In this document: positions 39,374 through 51,616 of the stretch, one piece after another
Position numbering within the stretch: the stretch's first letter is position 1
Layout: the number at the start of each line of letters is the position of its first letter
Assembly (NCBI GenBank): GCA_002269645.1
Contig: NIVC01001282.1
Span: 45,557-109,556 of the forward strand
DNA length: 64,000 nucleotides
Direction of reading: 5' to 3'
DNA from: Macrostomum lignano
Taxonomy: Eukaryota
Notes under the pieces: generated by a model
What the model saw: only the letters and a program-made list of their open reading frames with translations
The model's database searches: none
What the model was told of the DNA's origin: nothing
Translations under genes and position numbers: made by a program

Positions 39374-41889
39374 ATTATATAGGATTTCTATTTATAAAAA
39401 ACTGATTAAAATTTTGCTACACCCTACACACGCTACACTATACCAAACTTGAAGGCTAAACTAATGAACTTGGTCATTTATGTACACTATTATATGTGCA
39501 CACCAATGTCGAACCTGAAAATGCCAAATGTATGCAGGATTTTTAATTCGAGGCAAAATATCAGAGTTGAATTTATAAAAAGTTAAAATTATAATTAGGC
39601 CTATAATGTCACGACGAAGTCCAGGTTTGTTAATTGCACGGCAAAGTTAGATGGCAATTTAAATAAGTAAGAAAACGACTCAACTTGAATTTTGTTTGAA
39701 GTTAATAATGTTTAAACAAATAAGAAACACACTTGCCTAACCCTAAAAAAATGCATACACGCATATTTAATTTAGAATAAAATTATTTCTACCTACTGAC
39801 CTTTTTCTAGTTTTTTAAAAGATCTATTAATAAGATGTCAGATCAGAGAAAGCGTTTAGAGAATTTCTAATTGTGCTAAATATTGTTTGATACAGCCCTA
39901 ACATGTTTCGATTGGCCTATAAGGCGTACATCGCGCATGTTCGAATGCCGTTTATTAGACAGGCCAACTGTCAACACATGTCGCCACAACACTGTGTTGA
40001 GACAATCTACCTCAATGGCAATCTCGATAACTCGATCACAACAAATATATTATTTGTCATTACTGTAGCGGCGATAAAATCGGACCATTTTACATTATAT
40101 GTAGTGTACGTAAATCCCGCTTTTTGTTGCTTTATTTTTTGTTTATTTACAGCATTGCATTACCAATGAGAATGCAAGTGTTCTTAGTGTAAAAATATAT
40201 TTACAGCATTGCATTACAAAATGAGAATGCAAGTGTTCTTAGTGTAAGAATTTTTAGTTTTTGGATATTGCTTCGCCGGCTTTTGATTGCGCTAGCGTCA
40301 TGTGCAGCACTTAACAGTCCGTCCGGAAAAATGTAGCGTTAAGGCTTAAAGTAGTTAAGCAAAATAAAAGCATTCCAAACAGTTAACGAAACCACCTCTT
40401 TCCCAAATGACGGTATTTTTTTAACAACTAATATCTGCTATTTTGCGGATAACTAATAAAGCGAATTTTTATTTACCTTCTTGCATTTTCATTGTGCAAT
40501 GCAAAATCCTTGAATAAATAAACTGTCACGAGATCTTTAACCACCCTACTGACGACCGTCTAGTCGGTGATACAGCAACTAAAATATGGCGCTTAGACGG
40601 AAGCACGGCGAGCTGTGCTGCTGCGCCGTCAGAACGTCTAGCATATATGTGTATGCCGTGTGCAATGTGGCGATATTTTAAACGAAATATTAGAAAGCCT
40701 TGCAACCAAGACCAATGGCTGCAAAATGCCAATGTATGCCAACAAACTTTTTATTGCATACAAAAATATGCCAAAATAAAAATTAGAAATTACAACCAAT
40801 TTTAACTGCTTCAAGTTTTAACTTTTTAAATTTAAACTTTCAATATTTAATAAATTAATGTCAATGAGTAAAAACAAGTAACTTTTTGCTAAACTGTATA
40901 AAATGAGTTTTTTAAACTATTTTTGTTTTACTTTTAGCTTAGAAAAGTTAAACCTAGTTTTTAATTTAATTTTTCATTTTTAGAAATGCTGGGAGCTATT
41001 CCTTCTGATCAAAATTTAGCTAGGCCTACTGTAACTATTAGTGTTTCATAGTAAGGAATGGGGTCCATTTGCCATAGCCATAAAACTATAAGCAAAACTA
41101 TGGCTTATTCTAATTCTCTAGGAAAGAATTAGGAATTAGTCTAGGAAACAAAATTTTTTGAATCAAGAAGATAACCTGGTACTTAAACAATTGCAAATTA
41201 AAGAAAAAGTAAAATAAACACTTGATTGCTTTGTAAAATTATATTTCATCCTTTTTACAAAGTAGGGTAACAATACTTAATTGCTACTAAAAATACTAAT
41301 ATTAAACTTTTTCATATTAATAAAAGTTAATGTTTGCTAGTGTTTTATTGTACATTATTAGGCATAAACTATAAGTTTCTAAGTCTATAATACAGTTTAT
41401 TTAAGTATCCTTGACTTTGTTTTACTTTTTGTTTCTAATATTTTTTATTTTTTGAAATTAATGATTACAGCTATGGGAATCTATGGAATGTGACAACAAC
41501 TACCATATTTCCATAGTTCTAGCTATAAAAGCAGCTATCTACTATAGGCATATCCTGTAGCCATAGCTATAGCTGAACATTAGTAACTATGTACATGGAG
41601 ACTGCCAAATATAAACTTAATGATTTTTATATGCTAATTGTATTTGTATAGATTGACAAGCTATTGAAACCCGCGGATTTTGAACCTGGGGAACTCCATT
41701 CCCTGGAATTGTTTTTGCATATATTCTAAAATCTGAGGTAAAACTCAAACAAAAACTTGTTCCCTTGTTAATAGTTAGGATTAGAGTTAAACATAAAATA
41801 GTGTAAATTCATGTAAAATTAGGATTTGAGGCAAACATTGATATTGTTGGCTGGGGTACTGCGCAGAATGTCAGACAAACTCTGGCCTC

Positions 41890-43430
41890 TATGTACCTCT
41901 GCCTCTCCCTATGTCCTTTGCATCCTTTGAAACTTCATCTTCTTTTCTGTTTCCTATCTTCTCTCTCGTCTCTTCTCTCTATCCCCTCTTATGTGAGTTA
42001 TCTCTTCTTTCTTCTCTCTTCTCTCGTCTCTTCTCTCTCTCCCCTCTTATCTCTTCTTTCTTCTCTCCTCTCTCGTCTCTTCTCTCATCTCTTCCCTCTC
42101 CCCTCTATTCTTTTCTCTCTCTTCTCCTCTCTTTGCTCTGGTCTCTGGTCTCTCATATCTCCTTTCTCCTGTTTTATCTTTTCTCATTTCTTTCTGCTCT
42201 CTACTCTCTCTTCCCTCTGCTCTCTGCTCTCTGCTCTCTCTTCCCTCACCTCTCTTCTCACTCCTTACTGTACCCTCTCTCAACACTTTCCATATCTCTA
42301 CTCTCTCCTTTTTCCTCTCTTCTCTCAACTCTTTCCTCTCCTCTGTCCACTCTCTCCTCTCATCTCTCTGCTCTCTCCTATCCTATCTCTCTTCTCTCTC
42401 TTCTCTCCCCTCTTTCCTCTCCTCTCTCATCCTTTTCACCAATTTCCCCTGTCCTCTCAATTCTCTCCCTTCCCCTCCTCTCTCCTCACTCACTTCTCAT
42501 CTCTCCCTTGTCTCCACCTCTCATCCCTTATTTCTTATCTCTCCTCTTTTCTCTCTACTTTCCCATCTCTCGTCTGTTTACTCTCGTTTCCGCTCTCTCA
42601 TCTCCCCTCTCTTATCTGTCATCTTTACTCTCATATGTTCTCTCACTTCTCTCCCCTTGTACTCCTCTCTTTCCCCTTTTTGACTCAGGAGGACTCGATC
42701 CTTTCTTCTTTCTTCTCATCTCTTCTCTTCTCTCTTCTATACTCTCTCCCTCTCTTGTCTTCTCTCTTCTCTCTCACTCTCCTCTCTCCTCTCTTATATC
42801 GTCTGTTCACTCTCATCTTTGCTCTCTCATTCCCCTCTCTCTTCTGTCAACTCTACTCTCCTCTCTATTGTGTACTCTTCTCTTTCCCCTCTTCTGACTC
42901 CTCTCTTTCCTTACTCCTCTCTTCTCTTCCCTCTTCTATACTCTTCCCCCTCTATTCTCTTTTCTTGTCTCTCCACACTCTGCTCTCTCTTCCTTCATCT
43001 CTCATCTCTACTCTACTCTCTCATATTTCCTTTCATCTCACTCATCTCTACAATCTTATCTCTTTCCTCTTTCCTCCTCTTCCCTTTACTCTATAATCTC
43101 TCCTTTGTCCTCTTTTCTTTCTTAACTCTCTCTCTCTCTCTCATCTCTATCTTCTCTCTTCTCACTCCTCTCTGTTCTCTATTCTCTATTCTCTTCTCAC
43201 TCTTCTCTACTCTCCTCTCTCATCGATCCTCTGTCTCAGCTCTCCCTTCTTCTCTCTCCATCTTCTCACCTCTACTATTTCCTCTCCCTTCTCTCTCCCC
43301 TCCTCTCGCTTCTTCATCCCATATTATCTGCTCTCTCCTCAACCTCCTCATACGTCTCTCCTGTTATCTTCTATCTTTTCTTTTATCCCCTCTCGCCCCT
43401 CCTCCCTTTCTAATAGTCTATTCCTTTTCC
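41890..43430. repeat. 1.5-kb CT-rich low-complexity polypyrimidine tract
   Basis: Direct reading; source of the S/L/F-rich ORFs. Confidence 0.9.
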
Positions 43431-44157
43431 TTTTCACTCTTATCTGGCCTGTACCCATGAGCTGGATTCTTTATCTGGCCTTTGAGATAAAAATCTGCCG
43501 ATCCCTGCTTCGAAAGCCAGTTTGTGGGACGTAGTACTATCATGGTTGTTATCATTTCTCATGCTTTAATCACGTCATCTTTCTGGTCAATTAGCAGCCC
43601 TGAGAGGAATTTGTATATCTCCAGCTCCACCACCACAGTCTGCAGCAGTCTAACAACCATGGAAATACGCATTTCTTAGAAGGCCATTTAAATTTTTAAG
43701 TACCTTATGCGAATCTTAATGTTAAAATTTTCATGGTGTAACTAATTTAGTAGGATTGCATTGTAATCAGTTATTAATTTTTCGATATTTTTACAAACCA
43801 TCCCACATCGCCTTGATTTGCCATCCTTGTTCAACTGCTGCAGACTTGTCTATTCAGAGGACAGTGGTTTGAAATTGAATCTCTTGCTATTATTTCTATG
43901 CAAAAGGGTTTTCTTTTGTTTCCAATAACATGGTTTAACTAAGCCATCTAATCAGCCAAAAATGAGAAAAATTGTATTTGAAGTTTTCAAAATGCTTTTT
44001 TTACTAATAGGCCTAATGCTGCACATGACCATTTAAATAATCATTTAAAGAATCTGTGCATTACATATGCCACTGTCAGTTGCCATGATTCTAATTAAAA
44101 CTAGCATTGTGTACACTCATTCCACAGCTAAAAGTCGAAATAAAGCCATTGTAAGCC

Positions 44158-44272
44158 ATGCCTCTAGCAAGGGATCTGCTGCACCCATCGATGTCCCAGG
44201 AGAAGCGAAAGCACAAGAAGAAGCGTTTGGTTCAATCGCCAAACTCCTGCTTCATGGATGTGAAGTGTCCAG
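44158..44272 (+). CDS. RPS27: 40S ribosomal protein S27, coding exon 1
   Basis: [38 protein letters not shown], donor G|GTGAG; missed by the ORF track. Confidence 0.96.
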
Positions 44273-44319
44273 GTGAGACAGTTGGCTTTCCAGCTGAATC
44301 CTAACTGTAGAATCTGCTT

Positions 44320-44665
44320 TGTCTGTAACGACTCAAACGACTCTAATGCGATTTAGAGGCTACTGTTGAGTCACGAGTGCAAAACAGTCATCCAAGAGTT
44401 GTGTTAGCGCTTAACTTACTACTGACTTAAGTAGACTAAACAGAGTTGTTATAAATGCGATTCTAATTCACACGAAAGTGGCGCAGATGCGCTTTAGACG
44501 CAACTCAGCGATTCTGCAGCGACTCCAGCACGACTCAGACACGACTCTACGGCCCCAGACTCGCAGACAATCAAAACGCCCCTGACGACTTTGGCGATTT
44601 GTACCGTAACATCACGTTGTTTTAGAGTCGTCTAGAGTCACTTCTTTCCTGTTTTACCTGTTGTT
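44320..44665 (+). repeat. Dispersed GACTC/GAGTC-rich element in the RPS27 intron
   Basis: Homologous to the reverse complement of 28745-29100. Confidence 0.75.
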
Positions 44666-44714
44666 TCCTGCAACCACTCTGCGGGGACCGCAAGTTGACT
44701 CTGGGACGCTTCTT

Positions 44715-45070
44715 ATTTATTAGAGGCAGGGGGGTTGTGTGCACCCTGGCGCACTTTAAGCGACATAGGCACATAACCGGCGAGAGGCATTGCTGCCCAT
44801 TCCGCCGACTCCCCTGAGCAGGCATACAAGCGCGCGGATACGTACGCAGGCACACACTCACACAGGAGTGTACAGCGGCCCTACTTTATATTATCGTTAG
44901 GCATGTACACTTCACTGCGCCTTGGGGGGTTGGCTCTCAAGGCCGTTAATTGCACGAGCAGAGCCAAGCCGAGATTCCAATTCAGCCCCAAATTAATGTG
45001 ACTGCACTTGGAATCGAGCCTGGGTCGCTGGCACACCAGAGCAGCTGCGCTACCGCTGGGCTACGGCCTC
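44715..45070 (-). mobile_element. SINE family A, full-length copy with a 14-bp TSD
   Basis: CTGGGACGCTTCTT at 44701-44714 and 45071-45084; tRNA-like head GGCCGTAGCCCAGCGG...GGCTCGATTCC; AATAAAT tail. Confidence 0.88.
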
Positions 45071-45278
45071 CTGGGACGCTTCTTGGCCTGAGTACCGTAT
45101 TCACCGGGTTTGTGCGAGTGCCAAATATAATTTTAGAGCTTGAGAAGATGCAAACTCACTGCCAGAATGCATAGAGTTTTGGAGCCGCCATGGAGAAAGC
45201 AACAAGGCAAAGTTATGCCACACTAATACATTAAGCCCAACAAACTGATCAGTGAACCACCGCTGTCCCAATTCGCAG

Positions 45279-45418
45279 GCTGCCTGAAAATCACCACGGT
45301 GTTCTCGCACGCCCAGACTGTGGTTGTGTGCGCCGGCTGCAGCACTGTTCTGTGCCAGCCAACTGGCGGCAAGGCCCGACTGACCGAGGGCTGCTCGTTC
45401 AGAAATAAAACCTACTGA
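45279..45418 (+). CDS. RPS27: 40S ribosomal protein S27, coding exon 2
   Basis: (G)[45 protein letters not shown]; 84 aa total; AATAAA follows. Confidence 0.96.
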
Positions 45419-45889
45419 TTTGATCTTTGCGAGTATTGATACAATTAAATTGACATTTAATAAACATTCAATGCTACTGATAGTAGCCGTATGCGCTGGG
45501 TGATTTTGTCGCCAATAAATTGTGTTTAGACTGGGGTTCTGGTATTGTGTCTGATTGACTGTAATTATTGTTCAATTTAATAATTATCTTCTGTTTGAAA
45601 GGAAATAAACGCATCAATGCTGACTGGAGAGGAGAGATCAGAGGAAGAGACAGAGGCCAGTGAGCTGTTTTTGCGTCTTTCGTTCGTCTCCGCGGCGCGA
45701 CCAGTTCAGTGAATTGATCTGCGCACGGAGTTCCTGTTCGATCTTGGATTAAAAAAATCTATAAATTGTGCTTCTCTTGAATGCTAGTTGCGTTTGACTT
45801 CGTTATTTTATTTTAATATCTCAGCTGGTTATATTCAGATATATCTGTAGTCTAAAGTTCCATGGTTATGATATAACCTTGGAGGATTT

Positions 45890-46045
45890 TGGGCTTTATT
45901 GGAGTCCTTCCTCACTATCAAGCTGTATTGGAGTCCTTCCTCACTATCAAGCTGTATTGGAGTCCTTCCTGTCTTTATCTGGCTGTATTGGAGTCCTTCC
46001 TGTCTTTATCTGGCTGTATTGGAGTCCTTCCTGTCTTTATGGGGC
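45890..46045. repeat. 29/31-bp tandem repeat (GCTGTATTGGAGTCCTTCCT...)
   Basis: About 5 copies. Confidence 0.8.
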
Positions 46046-46380
46046 TGTAATGTCTAGGGATATGAATATTTTGTTTGCCTAAAGTTAAAAACCGGATTCA
46101 TCGTATCGTACTACTGATAAGAGTGTCACAAGTAGCAATATAGAGCGTAAGTGACGAGTCCCCATGACATCCGATTGGTCTAGTTAATCTTGGGCATAAT
46201 CAAATTTGTTCGAGAATGCAATGGCACCTTGCTTGTCCCCCGGGGCAGCTGTGCTGTTACAGTGTTGTACGAGCGTATTCATTTGTGGGATATTTTTAGT
46301 CTGATTCTGATTTCTCTGTTTGCAATCCGATGTAGCCAGAAATTCGTGCTAATCTATAGACCTGTACCTTATCCCCTTAG

Positions 46381-46488
46381 GCAGAGCAGAACTGCAGAAG
46401 CGCTGATGTGATTTTCATTGACTCAGCATTGATGTACAAGTACGTTGATAAATGGCTCAGTGATTTCCAACACCACTGCACTGTGCAG
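46381..46488 (+). CDS. Tentative extracellular exon of the receptor PTP
   Basis: CCCCTTAG acceptor and CAG|GTACAT donor; phase 0-0; AEQNCRSADVIFIDSALMYKYVDKWLSDFQHHCTVQ; no recognised domain. Confidence 0.35.
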
Positions 46489-46511
46489 GTACATGCAGCT
46501 ACAGAGGCAGG

Positions 46512-47550
46512 GCAGTCAGATGTCACTGACAGTCGAATGTCACTGATTGTCAATTCTCACAGGCAGTCAAATGTCACTGATTGTCAATTCTCACAGGCAG
46601 TCAAATGTCACTGATTGTCAATTCTCACAGGCAGTCAAATGTCACTGGCTGTCTAATGTCACTGACTGTCAATTCTCACAGGCAGTCAAATGTCACTGAC
46701 AGTCGAATGTCACTGATTGTCAATTCTCACAGGCAGTCAAATGTCACTGACAGTCAACTGTCACTGGTAGTCTGCAAATGTCACTGACAGTCGAATGGCA
46801 CTGATTGTCAATCCTCACAGGCAGTCAAATGTCACTGACAGTCGAATGTCACTGATTGTCAATTCTCACAGGTAGTCAAATGTCACTGACTGTCAACTGT
46901 CACTGGTAGTCTGCAAATTTCACTGACAGTCAAATGTCACTGATTGTCAGTTCTCACAGGCAGTCAAATGTCACTGACAGTCGAATGGCACTGATTGTCA
47001 ATTCTCACAGGCAGTCAAATGTCACTGACAGTCGAATGGCACTGATTGTCAATTCTCACAGGCAGTCAAATGTCACTGACAGTCAACTGTCACTGGTAGT
47101 CTGCAAATGTCACTGACAGTCGAATGGCACTGATTGTCAATCCTCACAGGCAGTCAAATGTCACTGACAGTCGAATGGCACTGATTGTCAATCCTCACAG
47201 GCAGTCAAATGTCACTGACAGTCGAATGTCACTGATTGTCAATTCTCACAGGCAGTCAAATGTCACTGACTGTCAACTGTCACTGGTAGTCTGCAAATTT
47301 CACTGACAGTCAAATGTCACTGATTGTCAGTTCTCACAGGCAGTCAAATGTCACTGACAGTCGAATGGCACTGATTGTCAATTCTCACAGGCAGTCAAAT
47401 GTCACTGACAGTCGAATGGCACTGATTGTCAATTCTCACAGGCAGTCAAATGTCACTGACAGTCAACTGTCACTGGTAGTCTGCAAATGTCACTGACAGT
47501 CGAATGGCACTGATTGTCAATCCTCACAGGCAGTCAAATGTCACTGGTAG
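46512..47550. repeat. 51-bp minisatellite with a 190-bp higher-order period
   Basis: AATGTCACTGACAGTCGAATGGCACTGATTGTCAATTCTCACAGGCAGTCA; near-identical ORFs start at 46934, 47124 and 47314. Confidence 0.92.
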
Positions 47551-47855
47551 TCAAATTGCTGCCGTCAAATGCACGAGGACCGGCTGCACGATACATGGAT
47601 ACTATACTATTCAATATAAATCTATCTATGGGTTGTCTGGAGGCAGAAACTCTGTTTGATTGTGTTCTCTAATTAATTCTATGGGATAGAAAAATCTAAT
47701 AATGTTTATATCTATTTAACTTCTGCGTGAACATAAGGATGATGAGCTCAATTTTGGTGTCTTAATCCGTGTGTATAACATAGCGCTTCTCGCATTTTCC
47801 AATGTCAGAAGGCAGGCAAAAGTCGATGAGACACCTTGAGTCTCGGACCCATTAG

Positions 47856-48217
47856 AACGGCAGACTGTACCGCTCGAGATGGTCCATCAACGTGACTGCA
47901 TCTGCAGTTTTAGTGCGTCAGTCAAAGTCAATTCGCTGTCCAATAAGAACCGAGAGTTGTTGCTGCGCGAGACAGGCTATAGAAGAGAGCAGGTCTGAGC
48001 AGGCGGCTTTCTAAGTCTTTTAGTCTGCATTACATTCGTCCTTTCGACCCCGAGCATGTTCGTGTGGAGGTTGTGCAGCCTAATTCACAAGAGAAAGCTT
48101 CTTGTTGAAGAGGAGCGCCGGCTGAACCGCGTCAGCCAGGATCCGATCGCGATCGAGCAGTTTGTGAACGAATTTCGCAGACGGTGCAAAGCTAAGGAGT
48201 TGCAGTACGAGTTCAAG
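47856..48217 (+). CDS. Receptor PTP juxtamembrane/transmembrane exon (one T apparently missing at 48008-48010; start uncertain)
   Basis: With TTTT restored it reads ...AIEESRSEQAAFLSLLVCITFVLSTPSMFVWRLCSLIHKRK...DPIAIEQF...ELQYEFK|GT: a TM helix, a basic stop-transfer and the PTP wedge region. Confidence 0.6.
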
Positions 48218-48261
48218 GTAGCTCTGAACTGTTCTTGAATAAGGAGCTGCTGTACCATTGG

Positions 48262-48541
48262 GGTCTGAAGCTGTGAGGAGATGCTGCAGGTGACTGAAGC
48301 TGTGAGGAGATGCTGCAGGTGACTGAAGCTGCGTGAGGAGATGCTGCAGGTGACTGAAGCTGTGAGAGGAGATGCTGCAGGTGACTGAAGCTGTGAGGAG
48401 ATGCTGCAGGTGACTGAAGCTGTGAGATTCTGCAGGTGACTGAAGCTGTGAGGAGATGCTGCAGGTGACTGAAGCTGTGAGGAGATGCTGCAGGTGACTG
48501 AAGCTGTGAGAGGAGATGCTGCAGGTGACTGAAGCTGTGAG
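48262..48541. repeat. 29-bp minisatellite (GCTGTGAGGAGATGCTGCAGGTGACTGAA), about 9 copies
   Basis: Intronic tandem array. Confidence 0.9.
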
Positions 48542-48594
48542 GGGTAGAGGACGAGCGACTTTTCATTTTTAAAAAGCAATCAAAGTTTTTTCAG

Positions 48595-48630
48595 GCCATC
48601 GAGCTCATCTCAGTTGGCGACAAGCAGTCG
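48595..48630 (+). CDS. Receptor PTP micro-exon (AIELISVGDKQS)
   Basis: TTTTTCAG acceptor, GTGAGT donor, phase 0-0. Confidence 0.7.
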
Positions 48631-48869
48631 GTGAGTCCAATTTGAACCCATTTGATACGGCAAAAATAAATCTGTGGGAATATTACCCGAGTCTGGGACT
48701 TCTTTACAACGTGAATCTATTTTTGTTGAAATTCGAGCCTCAAAACAGCAGGTAGAAAGCATCGCTGCTTTGTTAGAAGAGTGCAGCTCAGAAAAATCAC
48801 TGGGATCACAGGGATATTTCTGTCACAAAGAGCCCCTCCGCCAGTGTCGCATTCCCACCTGAAATTCAG

Positions 48870-48963
48870 ACGAAAATCCGCAGCGAAGGCAAGCACAAGA
48901 TCGCTTTGGCTGCCAAGCGCGCCTGCAATCGAGCCAAGAACCTCACGGAACGGGTGCTGCCCT
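48870..48963 (+). CDS. Receptor PTP D1 exon (N..KN..LP motif)
   Basis: ...AAKRACNRAKNLTERVLP(Y); donor GTGAGT. Confidence 0.8.
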
Positions 48964-49105
48964 GTGAGTTGCGACAAAATTTGTCGGGGAAATTCCGAAA
49001 ATACGAGCTAGCTTGCCATATATTATCCCAAAATCCCAAATCGTCCCAAGCAAACTGACACGAGAATCGTTTTTCAAAGCCCATTTTCTGACGGCCGTCT
49101 TGCAG

Positions 49106-49224
49106 ACGAACGCAACATTGTCCATTTGGATCAGTATTTGGACCAACCCGCCGCCGACCCAGGCAACGACGCAGCCGCGTGTAGTCATGGCAACGAGCCG
49201 TATATCAACGCGAGCTGGATTGAC
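49106..49224 (+). CDS. Receptor PTP D1 exon (YINASWID)
   Basis: DERNIVHL...EPYINASWID; phases match the neighbouring exons. Confidence 0.88.
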
Positions 49225-49862
49225 GTGAGCATCACGGATGCCAATGCTTTGTGCTACACACTTGGCTTTGTGTGAGAGTGTCCTGTTTTAAGTCGTTAAT
49301 CAGATCAAGTAATTACTGAAAAATCTTCAAAGAGTGAGTCTGTTATAATTACGAGTATAACCACTAAACGGACAGACTCTATTATGCTTCAGAAGAAAGG
49401 CGCGCGATTTCGGTTTTGATCTTAGGAGCAACACACTCGGGTTTGAGTTGTGAGGCGTCAATAATATGTTGAGAAACTCATTCACACTATATTATAGCCA
49501 TAGGCGGAGAGTCGCGCTCTTGTGATTCTCCCTGACGCTTCTTCACTTCTAAACAGGAACTGGGCCACTGATGTATTGAGGACGTTGCCAAGACTCCCGT
49601 GCTATGAGGCTGCTCACTTATTAAAGAAATAATCGGTGAAGAGCTGATTAAGCATATCAGAATTTGACTTTGCACTGGCTACAGTACGAGCGTATATGCA
49701 GTGTGTGCAAGCATTGGCATGTGATGTCAACTTGGATTTGTCTGGGTCTTCCTTACTGGTAGATTAAAAGGGTCCAACATGTTTGCCCCGTTGGTAACTT
49801 GTCCTCCAAATGTCTGTCCCGTGTTGTGTATTACAGCAAAATTACAGTGGAGAGGCTTGTAC

Positions 49863-50157
49863 GAGCGTAGCCTAGTGGTTAGAGTGTCAGACTCGCGACT
49901 GATACGTCGTGAGTTCGATTCTCGACCCACTTGGAAAAATTTGTGTCCTTGAGCAAGACTTTTAACTCTGCACTGCTTCAGTTCACCCAGCTGTAGAATG
50001 GGTGCCTGCATTAGCTGGGGTAATCGAGGCTGTGTGTGGCGACCCCCCAGTCCTTGGACTGAACAGCCGTACGCAGCCTTCAGATACGCCGCGCAATAGC
50101 TGCGGCTGAGCTGTCGGTTGCACATCTGCCCATTAGGACAGGTGTAATAAATTATTG
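49863..50157 (+). mobile_element. CORE-type SINE (family B), full length
   Basis: A-box TAGCCTAGTGG and B-box GTTCGATTC, then GTGTCCTTGAGCAAGAC...TTCAGTTCACCCAGCTGTAGAATGGG resembling the MIR CORE domain; AT-rich tail. Confidence 0.8.
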
Positions 50158-50294
50158 TTCTTATTATGTGCATTACAAATATAAATGACAAATACGTTTT
50201 CAGCCGGTGTCCCAGATTAAAGACAGTATCATTTTGTTATTCGATTGTGGCAACAGGTGTTCATGGAGCCCCTCACAACCAAATTGGATTCCAG

Positions 50295-50429
50295 GGCTAC
50301 AAGCACCCGAAGAAGTTCATAGCAGCGCAAGGCCCGCTCTCCGCTACTAAAGCGGACTTCTGGCAGATGGTGTGGCAATATCAAGTACAGTGCATCGTCA
50401 TGACTACCAACCTGTTTGAGCACGCCAGG
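50295..50429 (+). CDS. Receptor PTP D1 exon (FIAAQGP...DFWQMVW...IVMTT)
   Basis: Canonical PTP motifs. Confidence 0.92.
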
Positions 50430-51260
50430 GTATGTCTGATTCTGTGAGAAATGAGCTATAGGATGGCGGGAATTATTTGCACCAAGTCCAGTGGTTGGTA
50501 TTCGAGAAAAGGAAAGCGAAAAGTTGAGTCCATATGGATTTAGCCGTGCTCAGGTCCGGGCACTTGACTTTACTCTTTCATGGTTTTGAGTTGAAGGCGC
50601 GGTTCGATCCGAGTCAGAGCTCAGCTCGTCACGCCGGACTTCAGAAGTGACAGGAGCTGCTAACTGAGCCATATGGTTTGCGCCAAGTCTGACTCCCGCT
50701 ATTCCCCTGAGTATGTGGCCAGACTGCAGCTCTGTTAGAGACGACCGCAGAGTTCACGCAGCCCCAGAGACCGATTTGTCCTTCTCCGGTTAAAAAAATT
50801 TAGCCTTTCAATTTGCATGAAAAAAATTCATTAATTCCTTTTGCCATTTCACATTTCTGGAAAATTCCTTCCGTCGGTGTTGCAACTCAAGAAAATCCAT
50901 CAAACTTCTGGGCGAACTTCTTCAGCGCTTACTGCCTGGTCCTGAGTCTTGAGCACTCGCCCACCTCATGCCTGGATGACGTGTACAGTGTTTGTTTGCA
51001 AGAAAGTGGTTTTAAATAGACAGGTGCATCACAGAATAAGCTTCATATCAATGAGCAGATCACAAGACTCTAAGATAAGTTTCAACAATTAGAACAGTGT
51101 CGAACGGAGACGTTCGTCAGGCTTGGCTATAAGCTACACTCGTGGAACCCATCGATGCTGGAGGCAGAGGCTGCTTACGTTTTGTTACCGCGGAAGCAGT
51201 ACTCCTGTAGTTTAATTGCCGCATCGCAACAATAAAAAGTTTCCACGATCTCATCGAATT

Positions 51261-51616
51261 CATTTATCAGCAACAGTGCGACAAGTACTGGCACAATGTC
51301 CACGCCATTTCATTCATCAGCACAATGTCCACGCCATTTCATTCATCAGCACAATGTCCACGCCATTTCATTCATCAGCAACAGTGCGACAAGCACTGGC
51401 ACAATGTCCACGCCATTTCATTCATCAGCAACAGTGCGACAAGCACTGGCACAATGTCCACGCCATTTCATTCATCAGCAACAGTGCGACAAGCACTGGC
51501 ACAATGTCCACGCCATTTCATTCATCAGCAACAGTGCGACAAGTACTGGCACAATGTCCACGCCATTTCATACTCATCAGCAACAGTGCGACAAGTACTG
51601 GCACAATGTCCACGCC
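51261..51616 (+). repeat. Tandem array of a 3' splice site plus exon start (50-bp unit)
   Basis: ATTTCATTCATCAG|CAACAGTGCGACAAG[C/T]ACTGGCACAATGTCCACGCC; 8 acceptor copies, 6 full and 2 truncated. Confidence 0.9.

Noticed and set aside
39900-40730. CpG-retaining patch with AAATATGGCG and CGGAAG motifs as a promoter for RPS27 or HACD
   Set aside because: Plausible, but short motifs alone cannot establish a promoter or its direction.
41891-43460. S/L/F-rich ORFs of 200-400 aa
   Set aside because: A CT-only tract cannot contain stop codons; no coding signal.
47879-47905. HQRDCIC resembling the end of a PDGF/VEGF cystine knot
   Set aside because: Lies in a frame bounded by stops, and the other PDGF cysteines were not found.
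47822-48010. Two in-frame TGA codons (47837, 47996) upstream of the PTP TM helix, suggesting readthrough or selenocysteine
   Set aside because: Another frame is open from an acceptor at 47855 and joins the TM frame with one added T at 48008-48010, matching the other homopolymer errors; no SECIS evidence.
49863-49935. tRNA-like cloverleaf heads (also near 63750-63815 and 45020-45070)
   Set aside because: They are followed by SINE bodies, the anticodon loops differ between copies and the acceptor stems are incomplete; not tRNA genes.
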